From Bacteriovorax stolpii (lineage in GTDB: Bacteria; Bdellovibrionota; Bacteriovoracia; Bacteriovoracales; Bacteriovoracaceae), in assembly GCA_945890905.1 (NCBI GenBank), contig CAMDDI010000001.1, positions 1 through 32,186 on the forward strand: 32,186 nucleotides of DNA, in the 5' to 3' direction. The notes under the pieces were generated by a model that made no database searches, was not told the DNA's origin, and saw only the letters and a list, made by a program, of their open reading frames with translations. The first letter of the stretch is position 1. Each line of letters starts with the position of its first letter. The position numbers and the translations under genes are program-made. Of this stretch, positions 8,884 through 17,578 are shown in pieces.

Positions 8884-11009
8884 TAAAGATCGTAGAACTT
8901 TTTCTTGTCATGAATCATCATGGTTAAGAAAGGAGCAATATGATAACGGTCTTTATTTACATCTCTGGCAAAATTATTTAAGCGCTCAGCAATTTGATCC
9001 AACCCTTCTTGATCGGCCCATCTTAAAAGCCCTCCCCGAAAAGGAGGAAAGCCAGTACCAAAGATCATACCCACATCCACGGTTGAAGCCTTATCAACAA
9101 TCTTATCTGCAAAGATATAGGCCGCTTCATTTACCATAGGGAGAAAGAGTCTCATCTGAAGCATCATTTCGTCTTTGTGAACTTTCTTACTAGGAAGAAG
9201 TTTTGAGATCTCAGGATTTTTCCCAGTGACCTTTCCCTTCTCATCATAGAGGTAAAATCCTTTTCCATTTTTTTTACCTAAAAGTTTTGCGTCATAAAGC
9301 TTCAAAGCTAATGATGAAGCGTGGGCCCTCTCTCCTAAACCCTCTTCCATGATCTTGCCCACTTTCACACACACGTCGATTCCAATTTCATCCATCAAAC
9401 GGCATGGCCCCATGGGCATACCAAAATTAAGAGCAGCATTATCCAAAGCTTCTGGAGTGACACCTTCTTCTAATAGGTATCCCGCTTCATTAAGATAAGG
9501 AGCAAGAATTCTGTTCACCAAAAAGCCTGGGCCATCTTTAACTACTATTGGCGTCTTCTTAACATCTAGCACCCATTTATAAAGAGTGTTGATAACATCC
9601 TGACTGACGTTTTCGTGTGTGATAATTTCGACCAATGGCATCTTATTAACTGGATTAAAAAAATGAAGTCCAGCAAAGCGTGAAGAATCAGCTAAAGATT
9701 TACTCATTTCTTGCACCGAAAGTGAAGAAGTGTTGGAAGTTAAAATACAGTCTTTTTTAACGTGTCCTTCAAGCTCAGATAATACTTTCTTTTTCACTTC
9801 CATATTTTCAACCACTGCTTCAACTACAAGGTCTACGGACTTAAAGGGATCAAAGTTAAGCGTGGGCTCAATTGAGCGCATTTTACGGTTAAACTCATCT
9901 TCACTCATGCGCCGTTTGCGAAGGGCACTGGAGAAATTTTGCGAAGCTTGCTTTAAACCTAATTCAAGAGCAGCTGCAGTCAAATCCTTCATCACAGGAG
10001 CTTGATTGTTCTGAGCAAATAGCCAGGCAATACCTCCCCCCATGACCCCCGCACCTAAAACGGCACCCCTACGGACACTAGGAATTTGATCTTTATTCGG
10101 AAGTTTCTTGGTTTGATCATCCAAGAAAAACAAGTGTTGTAAATTCTTACTCTGAACACTTTGGGAGAGTTCCGCAAAAGCTTCAGCTTCTAAGGCCAGA
10201 GCATCCGTGCGATTCTTACTAGCAGCTCTCTCTAAAACTTCAAGAATTTTTAAAGGAGAGGGATAAAAACCTTTCGTGGTTTCCATCACTTTCTCACGGG
10301 CCTTTTGAAAAATAATTCTACGGGTGAGAAAATTCTCAATGGCAGCATTTTGAAGTTCTTCTTTTAGAGTTTTTTTCTTTCCAGTTTTTCTATTCAGTAA
10401 ATATTCCGGAGCTAGTTCTTTCATTCTCTCTGACGGAAGCATCACTTCGGCCAGGCCCATTTTAAGCGCGGCCTTGTTGCGAACCTGCTTACCTGTAAGA
10501 ATCATATCAAGTGCAGGTGGAAGTCCAACCTTGCGGGGCAAACGATAGGTTCCCCCAAAGCCAGGAAGAACTCCTAATTTAACTTCAGGCAAACCAAGCA
10601 TAGTCTTAGGACTATCTGAGACAAAAATCTTTTTACAGGCCAGGGCAAGCTCTAGCCCCCCACCTAAACATACGCCATCAACGAGGGCCACGGTAGACAT
10701 CTTCAAGTCTTCAACAGCATTAAAGATCAAATGGGATTCATCTAAGGCCCTGAGAGCTTCAGCTTCAGTTTTTAGGCCGTTAATAACCGTCACGTCCACA
10801 CCGGCCAAGAAAACTCCTGGCTTGTGAGAGAAAAAGATCAATCCTTTGGCACCTTTTTTCTTATCAAGATCCACTACTTTTAAGATGGCATCTTTTAAAT
10901 CTAAAAGTGTTTCTCGAGTAAAGGTGGTCATGGATTTTTTTTCGTTTAGACCAAAACCGATCCAAACTAAATCATCTCTGATTTCGAAACTAATATTTTG
11001 ATAGCTCAT
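8883..11009 (-). CDS. fadJ: Fatty acid oxidation complex subunit alpha (enoyl-CoA hydratase / 3-hydroxyacyl-CoA dehydrogenase)
   Basis: CLGGGLELALAC and LGLPEVKLGVLPGFGGT (crotonase), GAGVMGGGIA (NAD binding), GLHFFNPV, GFLVNRIL, GFPPFRGG. Confidence 0.93.
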   Translation of the reverse strand: MSYQNISFEIRDDLVWIGFGLNEKKSMTTFTRETLLDLKDAILKVVDLDKKKGAKGLIFFSHKPGVFLAGVDVTVINGLKTEAEALRALDESHLIFNAVEDLKMSTVALVDGVCLGGGLELALACKKIFVSDSPKTMLGLPEVKLGVLPGFGGTYRLPRKVGLPPALDMILTGKQVRNKAALKMGLAEVMLPSERMKELAPEYLLNRKTGKKKTLKEELQNAAIENFLTRRIIFQKAREKVMETTKGFYPSPLKILEVLERAASKNRTDALALEAEAFAELSQSVQSKNLQHLFFLDDQTKKLPNKDQIPSVRRGAVLGAGVMGGGIAWLFAQNNQAPVMKDLTAAALELGLKQASQNFSSALRKRRMSEDEFNRKMRSIEPTLNFDPFKSVDLVVEAVVENMEVKKKVLSELEGHVKKDCILTSNTSSLSVQEMSKSLADSSRFAGLHFFNPVNKMPLVEIITHENVSQDVINTLYKWVLDVKKTPIVVKDGPGFLVNRILAPYLNEAGYLLEEGVTPEALDNAALNFGMPMGPCRLMDEIGIDVCVKVGKIMEEGLGERAHASSLALKLYDAKLLGKKNGKGFYLYDEKGKVTGKNPEISKLLPSKKVHKDEMMLQMRLFLPMVNEAAYIFADKIVDKASTVDVGMIFGTGFPPFRGGLLRWADQEGLDQIAERLNNFARDVNKDRYHIAPFLTMMIHDKKKFYDL

Positions 11010-11018
11010 AATGTCCTC

Positions 11019-12308
11019 TTAAACTTTTAAGTTCTCAATAATCACCGCTCCACCTTGGCCACCACCGATACATAAACTGGCGATCCCGTATTTTTGACGA
11101 CGGCGCTTCAACTCATGAGCGAGGGTCACTACTAAGCGTGAGCCAGTGGACCCCACAGGGTGACCAAGAGCAATCCCGCCTCCATTCACATTCAAGCGTT
11201 CCAGAGGAATTTCTCCAATGACTTCATCGATTCCCCATTTACTTGAGAGGTTTTTATCTTTCATGACTTTCATGCAACCAATAATTTGAGCGGCGAAAGC
11301 CTCGTTGTACTCAAAGAGATCCATTTGATCCAGCTTCATACCAGCTCGCTTAAGCACCCCATGAGTGGCAACTACTGGACCTAAACCCATTCTCTCAGGT
11401 TCAAGTCCATGGAAGTGATAATCCACCATGCGGGCCATAGGATCGAGATTATATTTTTTCACAGCTTCTTCAGAAGCAAGGAGCCACATAGATCCGCCAT
11501 CAGTAAGAGGACAAGCGTTCCCTACAGTTACAGTTCCAGTTTCTCTTTCAAAATAGGGTTTGAGTTTTCCTAAGCCTTCAGCAGTTGAATTCGCACGAAA
11601 ACCTAAATCATCCGCAATCATTTTATCGAGTTTATCTCCCGCTGTGATTGGCAGAATCTCATCACGAAATTTTCCGTCTTTAGTTGCGTTGGCCGCTTTA
11701 TGATGAGAGAGATTAGCAAACTCATCTTGCTCACGACGAGAGATCCCTAATTCACGAGCAAGAGTCTCGGCCGTCTGACCCATGTTCTTGCCACAGAAAG
11801 GATCTGTGAGGCCTTGCTCAACGGCAATAATCGGGGCCATGAAATGCGGACGAAAAGTTGCAAAGATTTTCAATTTTTGAACCGGAGATTTTGCTTTCAT
11901 GAGTTCCATGAAAAATTCCGTCATCTGTTTGTTAAACATCAGTGGCATCTGAGTCATGTTCTCTACACCCCCAGCAAAAATTAAATCACTTCGACCTGAT
12001 CCAATTTTTACAAAGGCCTGTGAGAGAGCTTCCATGCCTGAAGCGCAATTTCTATGAACAGAATAACCAGAGGTTTTTTTGTGAAGACCAGCTTCAAGGG
12101 CGATCACTCGTCCAATGTTAGGATATTTTGCAGGTGTCCCGGTGTTCCCAACAATCACTTCATCAATGGCATCACTTGGAAGTGCGTATTTATCTACGAT
12201 GTGACGGATTAAGTAGTGACCTAAATAGGGAGCAGCGATTTCTTTGAGTTCTCCGCCGGCCTTGGCCTGAGGAGTACGTTTCCCGTCGACGAGATAGACT
12301 GGTTTCAT
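11019..12308 (-). CDS. fadI: 3-ketoacyl-CoA thiolase (acetyl-CoA C-acyltransferase)
   Basis: RNCASG (catalytic Cys), NEAFAAQ, GHPVGSTG, LCIGGGQG; adjacent to fadJ. fadI versus fadA is a naming judgement. Confidence 0.9.
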   Translation of the reverse strand: MKPVYLVDGKRTPQAKAGGELKEIAAPYLGHYLIRHIVDKYALPSDAIDEVIVGNTGTPAKYPNIGRVIALEAGLHKKTSGYSVHRNCASGMEALSQAFVKIGSGRSDLIFAGGVENMTQMPLMFNKQMTEFFMELMKAKSPVQKLKIFATFRPHFMAPIIAVEQGLTDPFCGKNMGQTAETLARELGISRREQDEFANLSHHKAANATKDGKFRDEILPITAGDKLDKMIADDLGFRANSTAEGLGKLKPYFERETGTVTVGNACPLTDGGSMWLLASEEAVKKYNLDPMARMVDYHFHGLEPERMGLGPVVATHGVLKRAGMKLDQMDLFEYNEAFAAQIIGCMKVMKDKNLSSKWGIDEVIGEIPLERLNVNGGGIALGHPVGSTGSRLVVTLAHELKRRRQKYGIASLCIGGGQGGAVIIENLKV

Positions 12309-12317
12309 GGTGTGTCC

Positions 12318-12367
12318 TTCTTAAGATTTAATCAGATTATTTTAGGCTCTTAAGAATAAGAATCGAA
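12318..12367 (-). promoter_or_regulatory. Candidate sigma70 promoter of the fad operon (TTCGAT-N17-TAAAAT) with two TCTTAAGA palindromes
   Basis: -35 at 12362-12367, -10 at 12339-12344; palindromes at 12319-12326 and 12348-12355. Confidence 0.4.
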
Positions 12368-12404
12368 GGAAAAAGAAGATTAGTCGGCTATAAATTTACA
12401 AAAT

Positions 12405-12434
12405 AAAAAGCCCCCTGGGGAAAGGGGGCTTTTT
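12405..12434. terminator. Rho-independent terminator downstream of the OMP gene
   Basis: AAAAAGCCCCCT-GGGGAA-AGGGGGCTTTTT: GC stem with A/T tails on both sides. Confidence 0.9.
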
Positions 12435-12466
12435 CGAGGGTATCAACGATATTTGCCGGGGTGGGA

Positions 12467-13624
12467 TTAAAAAACCACCACCGCACCAGCAAAGATCGAT
12501 AATGAATTAGAGTTGATGATGTCATCGGCCAATTGACCAAGACGTCTTTGATCTGGGCTGTTAGACACATTCTTGCTGTTTTGCGAAGAAAGGCTAGATC
12601 CAAGACCAGTAGCATAAGTTCCTTCAAAGTTCAGACCGAAAGAGCGAGTGATCATCACTTCCGAACCTAGAGAAACTGTACCGGTAGCGAAGTTTGTTTT
12701 ATAAGCTTCATTTCCGTAGTTATAACCAAAAGTCGTATTCTGATAAGGATTGTTTTGCGAATATTTTAAGTCCGCCATGTTGTAACCCAAACCTGCACCA
12801 ATATAAGGACGGAATCTAGTGCCTTGAGTAATGAAGAATTTCCCGTAAAGATCAATCCCCATTTTTTTATACTGAATCTCGCGCCCTTTTTGGCCGTAAG
12901 CTCCATAATACTGACTACCGTAGTAGTTGTTGTTACCGTAGATATTTGAACCATTAGCATAATCATCAGTTTTTAGCTGAGCGTAATTGAAACCAACACC
13001 CATGCTGAAGCGGTTGTTCACATTCGATTCAATGCGGAGTCCAGCTGCATCTGCCTGAAGACTTTCTTTCTCACCATTATAATTAGTCACTCCACCTTGG
13101 AAGAGCATCTTAATAGTCTCAAACGCTGAATCACCCATGCCAGCGGCCGGTTCCATTTCCACTGTAGAAACTGTGGCGGGAGCAGCTTGAGCGACAGCGA
13201 TCTCTTGAACAACGGGAGCTTCAACAGGAGCTTGTTCTTCACGGGCAGCTCTTACGTATTTAGCACAATCTGCTCCTGGATTCTCTTCCATCAAGCATTT
13301 AATCTTCTTGTTGTACTCAGCAATTTCTTTTTGAGCGTCTTTCTTTTCATCTAAGTATTCTTCAGTTGTTTCTGAAAGTTTCTCAGTTGTTTTAGAAAGT
13401 TCTTTGAAGCCTTTTGTTTTTTCTTTATTCAAAACAACTTCATTTTTTTGTTTTCTAATTTCTGATCTGATCTGCTCAAGCTCACCATCAGTGACTTGCT
13501 TCTCAGAAAGGTATCCATCAACATCGATTGGTTCGGTATTGAGGACACGCTCTTCAGCTGATTGAGCAAAAGCATTGGCAAAACTCAAAGTGAGGGCCAA
13601 TACCAAAAGGGTTTTAGATTTCAT
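12467..13624 (-). CDS. Outer-membrane beta-barrel protein (OmpA/OmpW-like small barrel) with N-terminal coiled coil (385 aa)
   Basis: Start re-assigned to ATG 13624 (GGAGGAG SD; signal peptide MKSKTLLVLALTLSFANAFA); E/K-rich coiled coil; Ala/Pro linker; amphipathic strands incl. RFRPYIGAGLGY; terminal Phe (GAVVVF). Confidence 0.88.
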   Translation of the reverse strand: MKSKTLLVLALTLSFANAFAQSAEERVLNTEPIDVDGYLSEKQVTDGELEQIRSEIRKQKNEVVLNKEKTKGFKELSKTTEKLSETTEEYLDEKKDAQKEIAEYNKKIKCLMEENPGADCAKYVRAAREEQAPVEAPVVQEIAVAQAAPATVSTVEMEPAAGMGDSAFETIKMLFQGGVTNYNGEKESLQADAAGLRIESNVNNRFSMGVGFNYAQLKTDDYANGSNIYGNNNYYGSQYYGAYGQKGREIQYKKMGIDLYGKFFITQGTRFRPYIGAGLGYNMADLKYSQNNPYQNTTFGYNYGNEAYKTNFATGTVSLGSEVMITRSFGLNFEGTYATGLGSSLSSQNSKNVSNSPDQRRLGQLADDIINSNSLSIFAGAVVVF

Positions 13625-13625
13625 A

Positions 13626-13727
13626 CACTCCTCCTCGAAAGGAAATGACACATATTTTGGACAGTCTAGAACAAGTCCAGGGAGGAGTGGTAAAAACTTA
13701 ACGCGGAATGTAAAAGTTACAGGAGTA
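13626..13727 (-). promoter_or_regulatory. Structured leader with anti-SD sequences and an internal -10-like box (TAGACT)
   Basis: CACTCCTCC (13689-13681) is the exact complement of SD GGAGGAGTG (13634-13626); inner TGGAC/GTCCA stem; TAGACT at 13668-13663. Confidence 0.55.
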
Positions 13728-13961
13728 CTAGCGACGCCGACCTGAATTGAATCGATAAAACTTGTACTTAAGGTCACGCCCGAACAGGGCACTGTAGTAA
13801 TTCAAGCTACTTCGGATGTAGCTATTCTCATTTGTAAGAAGCCAGCCACTCACCTTCCGGGTAAAAGTGATACCTAAACTGATGGATACGGCCAGCATCA
13901 TGACGTACTCAACCGCCGTCTGGCCACCTTGAGATTTAATGAATCTAAGAATTCTAAACAC
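13728..13961 (-). CDS. Flp/TadE-like type IV pilin-like protein (class III signal peptide)
   Basis: GQTAVEY prepilin cleavage motif (G-1, E+5, Y+6) followed by a hydrophobic helix; GTG start overlaps the upstream stop. Confidence 0.75.
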   Translation of the reverse strand: MFRILRFIKSQGGQTAVEYVMMLAVSISLGITFTRKVSGWLLTNENSYIRSSLNYYSALFGRDLKYKFYRFNSGRRR

Positions 13962-15291
13962 CCTCTACTCCGTAGAATAATGCCAGAAGACCTAAACTTC
14001 GGTATCGGAACGGGCCCCAATACTCAAAGCCAGAAATCACATCTTCTCCTTCGGCAATTTCCATGGGTAATCTTAAAAGTACGGCATTCTCACTCTTGCG
14101 GGAGTCTCTGAGCTCTCTTAAATCAAGAGTCACACTCAAAATCCCTTGAGGAGCACAGGCCTGCTTTTCAAAAGGCAAAAGTTGGGAGTCTTCATCAAAG
14201 GCAGCAGCTAACTCTTTATTATAGAATTCGGCTTTAGATCCCGGCAACTCTGGGTAAGGGGTTTGGTAGTAGGCCATCTCATTTTCATGGGCCAATACTC
14301 GGTAAGGCATGAGGGATCCTAAGAGGGAAGAATCTGTAAAAAAAGTCAAACTCGTAGGTGGAAATGGCGAAGTCATCCTCTTAAAAGGAGTCATTTGATT
14401 TTTTCTAAACAATGGGTACGGAGACTTAATCCCGAAAGGGACTTCGTCGGGAAAATGAGAAAAGAAGAGGACTCTCTCTCCTGATATAACTCCCTCAAAA
14501 CTTGCAAGGAGTAGGTTTTCAAATTTTTTCTCATAAAGCTGCCAATATTGAACAGAACTTTCTTTATAGTCGCCGCCGAGGAGCAGAAGTCTGCGCTTGA
14601 GCTGAGTCACCAGTAGAAAATCATGCAGCCTATGAAGCGGAGAGAGAAGCCGGAAAAAGTAGAAAGGAATCTCCTCGGGACTGAGCTTTGTTTTTAGTTT
14701 TTCTTCCGCAGAAAGACCCAGTAGATGAAGAAGCCCGTGCCACTTTAAGTCTTTAGACTGGGCGTACTCAAGGTTGATTAATTCCCCAAAGCGCTTATAA
14801 ACATCTTTAAACCATTTAGGTCCTTGAAGATCAAAGCGAAATCCCTTAGGTCTGAGGCTCGCTTCATAGACCAGTGCTTCGTAGCGCTTCATTTCTTCTA
14901 ATAAATACTGATCAAAGCCAGCTGCCTCACGGGTTATGGTACCAAGATCTGCTTTATCAGTAAGTTCAGGAAATTTGCGCAAAAGTTCACGCAAATTTTC
15001 AAAGGGAGTCAGACCAATTTTAAGTCTCACATCCCCCATCACAAATTCCATAGAACCTGGAGAAAGAAACTGACGAAGGTCTTCCAGCTCTGGAATGGAA
15101 TATTTTTTACCCAAACGAAGCAAGGCCAAAATTTCTAATTCTGAAAGAAAATTCGCAGGGTATGTCTCTGCTTCAAAGCGATGATCTCCAATCAACAGAG
15201 TGGAGCGTTTGCGAGAAAGAGAAATCAGACCTCTCACCAGAGAAGTTAAATTTAGACCAACCAGAACTTCCTGGTAGCGATTTTTCAACAT
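13954..15291 (-). CDS. Hypothetical protein, possibly degenerate FAD/NAD-binding oxidoreductase fold
   Basis: 445 aa, overlapping both neighbours; N-terminus YQEVLVGLNLTSLVRGLISLSRKRSTLLIGD has the beta-alpha-beta pattern of a Rossmann fold without intact GxGxxG. Confidence 0.7.
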   Translation of the reverse strand: MLKNRYQEVLVGLNLTSLVRGLISLSRKRSTLLIGDHRFEAETYPANFLSELEILALLRLGKKYSIPELEDLRQFLSPGSMEFVMGDVRLKIGLTPFENLRELLRKFPELTDKADLGTITREAAGFDQYLLEEMKRYEALVYEASLRPKGFRFDLQGPKWFKDVYKRFGELINLEYAQSKDLKWHGLLHLLGLSAEEKLKTKLSPEEIPFYFFRLLSPLHRLHDFLLVTQLKRRLLLLGGDYKESSVQYWQLYEKKFENLLLASFEGVISGERVLFFSHFPDEVPFGIKSPYPLFRKNQMTPFKRMTSPFPPTSLTFFTDSSLLGSLMPYRVLAHENEMAYYQTPYPELPGSKAEFYNKELAAAFDEDSQLLPFEKQACAPQGILSVTLDLRELRDSRKSENAVLLRLPMEIAEGEDVISGFEYWGPFRYRSLGLLALFYGVEGV

Positions 15292-16520
15292 GAGATTACG
15301 GCCTTTCTAGCTAATGGATAGCGCTCAAAAATTGGTTTAATCTTATCATGCCCAGCTGACTCAGGAAGAGTTAAACCGAGCCAAAGATTAAAATCCTGGG
15401 CATTTTTAACTTCAGTCATTGATCCTAGGCTAAGTGCCACATCATATTCTGTTGAGCGGTGATGAACAGGTCCTGAACTTAAATACTCGGATCCTGCCAC
15501 TAAAGGTTCTAGCAGCGAGTGAACACTCACCCCCATGCCTCCGCCTACGTAGGCCCGACCAAAGTCAGCGTAGAGTTCACACAGAACTCCTTTCTTATTT
15601 AAAATCATCGAATCACTGGTCCCCACTTCTGCTCCGAGAATCTCCAAAGGATGACGATTGATACTTTTTAGGCCCTCGTGAAAGGCCTTCAAAATTTCTG
15701 GCTCAAGTTTATGAGGAACAATCAAAACAAAATAATCAGCCGGAAGATCTTTTAGCAGAGGCAGATCTGCTGGCCAGGCATTCCCCATGATCAGTCTTTT
15801 ATCCCGAGGATAGTTTTCCCACTGAGCTTTAAGTTTTTGATATTGAGGAAATTGAACAGCAAACTTTTCATCTTTTAAAAGAATCCGGCGCCTAATCTGC
15901 TCCATCCGAAAGTCATAGGCTTCCCCTTTAAATCCCAGATTCTGGCCAAAAAGCTTATCTGATTCAGAAGCAAAAAACACAACCTTGGAGGCTTTTAAGA
16001 ATTCATTTTTAATCCAAGAAATGTTTTTATTTTTTAATTTTTCTTTTTTAAAACTCACCCAAACCATCTTCAAAGTATTTTCAGGCTTTCTTGCCCACAA
16101 AAGAAATTCTGGAAATAGATCGTATCTCACCATCACCAGCTCAGAAGCAGTCACCCAAGAAGTAAAAGAATGAAATGGGCCAAAGGTGACAAGAGGATAG
16201 CGGAGGTAGCGAATTTGGGTCGGATACTTTTTGGCCAATTCAACTATGGCCTTCTCTACACTGGGAGAGAAAAAAACCAGTTCGATTTTTTTGTTCATCA
16301 CTAAGGCATCATCAATCAGGCTTGCCACCTGCTGATACTCCCCTTCACTGGAAAACTCAAAACACAAATCTGCTTTGAGTTTCTGTTCCGCAAAGGAGCG
16401 TGCACCGGTCTCTGAAAGATTTTTGTTTTCAAAAGTCCAGCGTGAGTAAACAAAAGGATAGAGAATTGTTCTCAAAATAAAAAGTATGGGAAAATAGACG
16501 CCCCAAAAAAGAAGACTCAT
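15285..16520 (-). CDS. waaA: 3-deoxy-D-manno-octulosonic acid (Kdo) transferase
   Basis: N-terminal TM, SSEGE (SVGE-like), FFSPS, IVPH, GVLCELY...AYVGGG...HSLLEP; next to a GT9 gene. Confidence 0.85.
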   Translation of the reverse strand: MSLLFWGVYFPILFILRTILYPFVYSRWTFENKNLSETGARSFAEQKLKADLCFEFSSEGEYQQVASLIDDALVMNKKIELVFFSPSVEKAIVELAKKYPTQIRYLRYPLVTFGPFHSFTSWVTASELVMVRYDLFPEFLLWARKPENTLKMVWVSFKKEKLKNKNISWIKNEFLKASKVVFFASESDKLFGQNLGFKGEAYDFRMEQIRRRILLKDEKFAVQFPQYQKLKAQWENYPRDKRLIMGNAWPADLPLLKDLPADYFVLIVPHKLEPEILKAFHEGLKSINRHPLEILGAEVGTSDSMILNKKGVLCELYADFGRAYVGGGMGVSVHSLLEPLVAGSEYLSSGPVHHRSTEYDVALSLGSMTEVKNAQDFNLWLGLTLPESAGHDKIKPIFERYPLARKAVISC

Positions 16521-17572
16521 GGAATCTCCAAAATTTTTAAGGCCGAACTCAAAACTTCTTGGGGTGAAATCATCTCCATACAGTAGTGCCGGTCACGGTA
16601 GCACTCTTTTTTGCCCGTAGTGGAGCATGGCTTACAGTAAAGCTCTTTTGAAAGAGTCACAGATTTGTTTCCATGAGGCGCAAAACCAAAACGAGGGTCA
16701 GTGGGTCCAAAGAGAGTGACACAGGGAACTCCATAGGCTTCAGCAATATGATTCATTCCCGAATCATTTCCAATTGAGAGGGATGAGCGGGATAATATGG
16801 CCATGGATTCTTTAAGGTTTGTTTTACCCTGAAGATTTATCAGCCGAGGATTATTTATTTTATTAAACTCCTGGCAAAAATCATCATCTTTTCCGGCCAA
16901 GATCACAACCTTCTGAGTGGTTTTTTCCAGCAGAGTTTGGGCCAAGGTCACAAAAGATTGAATGGGCCAGCGCTTATAAAAAAATGAAGCGGAAGGTGCC
17001 AACACAATATATGGGCCTTCAACACTATAAGCTTCCAATTTCTCTAAGGAAGTTAATTCCTGATGAGGACCCCGGCGAAATTCCTGGGTTCTTCTCACGG
17101 CACGGTTGTCTCCAAAGATTGCTTCAAAATCGTTGAGTATTCTCTCTACCTGGAAGGTGAGACCAAAAATGTTGGCGTTAAAAAGTTTCTTAAATGCTGT
17201 GATCTTTATTTTAGTGAGAAGAAATCTTTCCCACCGCCGCTTATCCACAGTGAGTGCGGGAATAGTCCAGTAAGAGCAGCGTAGACGAAATGATCTCAGA
17301 GTGGCGTGAAGATCTAAAATCAAATCAATAGGATTTTCTTCATGAAGCAAATCAATTTTTTTAGTTAAATCCTTCCAGCTCTCACCGGAGCGGCGGTTAA
17401 AACCAATAACTTTTTGCACACCTTCATGATGATCAATGAGACTTACAAATTCTTCAGAGGTCAAAAACGTGAGGCTTAAATCCTTGCCAAAAAAAGCTCG
17501 CAACCAATTAATGGTGGCCGTTTGCAGAACCACGTCACCCATACTGGAGAAGCGAACAAGGAGAATATGCAT
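16517..17572 (-). CDS. Glycosyltransferase family 9 (LPS heptosyltransferase, WaaC/WaaF-like)
   Basis: ILLVRFSSMGDVV, DLILDLH, KRWP, GNDSGMNHIAEA, LFGPT; Cys-rich C-terminus. Confidence 0.92.
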   Translation of the reverse strand: MHILLVRFSSMGDVVLQTATINWLRAFFGKDLSLTFLTSEEFVSLIDHHEGVQKVIGFNRRSGESWKDLTKKIDLLHEENPIDLILDLHATLRSFRLRCSYWTIPALTVDKRRWERFLLTKIKITAFKKLFNANIFGLTFQVERILNDFEAIFGDNRAVRRTQEFRRGPHQELTSLEKLEAYSVEGPYIVLAPSASFFYKRWPIQSFVTLAQTLLEKTTQKVVILAGKDDDFCQEFNKINNPRLINLQGKTNLKESMAILSRSSLSIGNDSGMNHIAEAYGVPCVTLFGPTDPRFGFAPHGNKSVTLSKELYCKPCSTTGKKECYRDRHYCMEMISPQEVLSSALKILEIP

Positions 17573-17578
17573 GGTATT

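Noticed and set aside
12381-12388. GCCGACTA as a sigma28 -10 box for the fad operon
   Set aside because: The position 16 nt upstream falls in the terminator T-run, so there is no -35 match; a sigma70-like pair fits better.
13625-13792. Track's longer start for the OMP gene
   Set aside because: It overlaps the pilin gene and precedes a clear SD plus signal peptide at 13624. Similar over-extended starts were trimmed at 7650, 22279, 24986, 30608 and 31659.
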